Below are positions 26,146-27,146 of a DNA stretch of 27,146 nt, piece by piece; the stretch's first letter is position 1, and each line of letters begins with the position of its first letter. Source of the DNA: an uncultured Deinococcales bacterium. GTDB taxonomy: Bacteria; Deinococcota; Deinococci; Deinococcales; JAAFIG01. The notes below the pieces were generated by a model. That model saw only the letters and a list, made by a program, of their open reading frames with translations. It was not told the origin of the DNA and did not search any database. The stretch is taken from assembly GCA_964247135.1 (NCBI GenBank), contig CAXTTL010000037.1:1-27146 (forward strand), given 5' to 3'. A program made the translations under genes and the position numbers.

Positions 26146-26765
26146 GCTGGCAAAAATATTTTGCCCGAAGCGCTGGCAACTTGACCACCAAAATAACTGC
26201 CACCCACAAAGTACCAATCGAGTTTCTCGAGGGTCGAAATTGCACTTTCAACGGTCAAGCTCGAGAATTGTTCAGAGCTGACGGCTCCCAGATACCAGCG
26301 TCCAGAATCTGTGAACGCCTCGTTTTCATAAAAATACTTCAACCAATACTGAGTGCATTGTCGGCAGATCAGCACAGAGACTTGGGCAAAATGCCGATCC
26401 AAACCCAGCTCCCGCAACACAGACAAATGACTGTGAGGGACTGTAAAACAATCGCAAACCTCGAGTGAATCTTGGGCATACACTTGCAGCATTGCCATAT
26501 CAAAACGATCTGCAAGCTCGAGAAATTCATCACCCCAACCGCTGTTGACGCCGACGGTTTGCATCGGACCTGTCGGCAAGAACAGCGTCTCTAAACTGCC
26601 GCGCCGAGGGCGTTTCCCAGCCTGGAGTGGCAGCAACAAACCGTCAATTTCGGCAATTGCCTGTTTTGCGTTTTGCCACGATGACCAGGGAAAGTCGTTC
26701 TCGGGTCGTGCGATCAGCACTCGAGCTTCTAAAAGCACTGCAATGAGGTTTGAGAGGTTTTCCAA
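26139..26765 (-). CDS. Hypothetical two-domain protein (helical N-half; C-half with CxC and CxxC)
   Basis: 208-aa ORF with TTG start after AGGGA. Motifs WSSW, LFLPTGPMQ...SGWG.EF, then CDC, CRQC and EAFTDSGRWY. Confidence 0.7.
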   Translation of the reverse strand: MENLSNLIAVLLEARVLIARPENDFPWSSWQNAKQAIAEIDGLLLPLQAGKRPRRGSLETLFLPTGPMQTVGVNSGWGDEFLELADRFDMAMLQVYAQDSLEVCDCFTVPHSHLSVLRELGLDRHFAQVSVLICRQCTQYWLKYFYENEAFTDSGRWYLGAVSSEQFSSLTVESAISTLEKLDWYFVGGSYFGGQVASASGKIFLPAY

Positions 26766-26840
26766 AATCCCTGTTCCCCAGCAAAACCAGTTTTCTTCGC
26801 TCGAGTATAGTCGAACATTTCAAACCTTCGCTCGATCCCT

Positions 26841-26877
26841 AAAACAAAAACCCGAGCCTCAAATCGCAAGGCTCGAG
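26841..26877 (-). terminator. Intrinsic terminator after fba
   Basis: Minus strand CTCGAGCCT-TGCGATTTG-AGGCTCGGG followed by TTTTTGTTTT, 18 nt after the stop. Confidence 0.8.
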
Positions 26878-26895
26878 CCAACTGCTATTTGCTTC

Positions 26896-27146
26896 TTACG
26901 CCTTGCCCGCCGAACCCAAAACCTTCATGCGGTGCGAGGCAATTTCTTTCATGAGGTCGCGGCTTGGTCCAAGAATTTTGCGCGGGTCAAATTCTTTGGG
27001 GCTGGCGTTCAAAACCTCGCGCACGGCGGTGGTGAATGCCAGGCGCAAATCGGTGTCGATGTTGACCTTGCCGATGCCGTTCTGGGTTGACCTCGAGACA
27101 TCCTCGTCGTGGATTCCGGCGGCATCACCGATTTCGCCACCGGCGG
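26896..27146 (-). CDS. fba: 3' end of class II fructose-1,6-bisphosphate aldolase (partial; not in the ORF track)
   Basis: Manual translation gives AGGEIGDAAGIHDED...GIGKVNIDTDLRLAF...PKEFDPRKILGP...LGSAGKA*, closely resembling the Thermus-type enzyme. Confidence 0.93.
   Translation of the reverse strand, partial: AGGEIGDAAGIHDEDVSRSTQNGIGKVNIDTDLRLAFTTAVREVLNASPKEFDPRKILGPSRDLMKEIASHRMKVLGSAGKA

Noticed and set aside
1-27146. CRISPR array, tRNA/rRNA, transposase or integrase genes
   Set aside because: None seen. The CTCGAG sites are irregularly spaced 6-mers, not repeat-spacer units.

Overview
Chromosomal window of a bacterium, most likely Deinococcota. The evidence is a Thermus-like class II aldolase tail and several leaderless genes with a TANNNT -10 box 6 nt before the start codon. 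The left 6.6 kb is one tightly coupled minus-strand respiratory operon that continues off the left edge: ccoN, ccoO fused to an extra cytochrome c, ccoS-like, a CcoP-N-terminus-like peptide, a lipoprotein cytochrome c, a Rieske protein, cytochrome b and small membrane proteins. The most striking signal is that the cytochrome b keeps both heme bL histidines but has lost both heme bH histidines (Arg, Tyr), the heme ci cysteine and the Qi-site signature. This suggests a Rieske/b-cbb3 supercomplex without a Q-cycle. The rest holds patatin, a TPR/pseudo-CPBP protein, allB, hisF-hisIE, a membrane GAF-HD-GYP protein, a class III aminotransferase, GlcG, an apparently inserted lipoprotein gene, ltrA, a sulfate ABC operon, a Pro-rich lipoprotein, DUF6157, DinB, a hypothetical gene and the 3' end of fba. 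In the sulfate operon, sbp is interrupted by TGA and preceded by an unannotated Cys/Met-rich 21-aa leader peptide. CTCGAG occurs about 145 times by hand count, roughly 20-fold over chance. GTAG/GTGG-type REP hairpins are present, one of them in-frame in allB. All family calls come from motif recognition; no database search was run.
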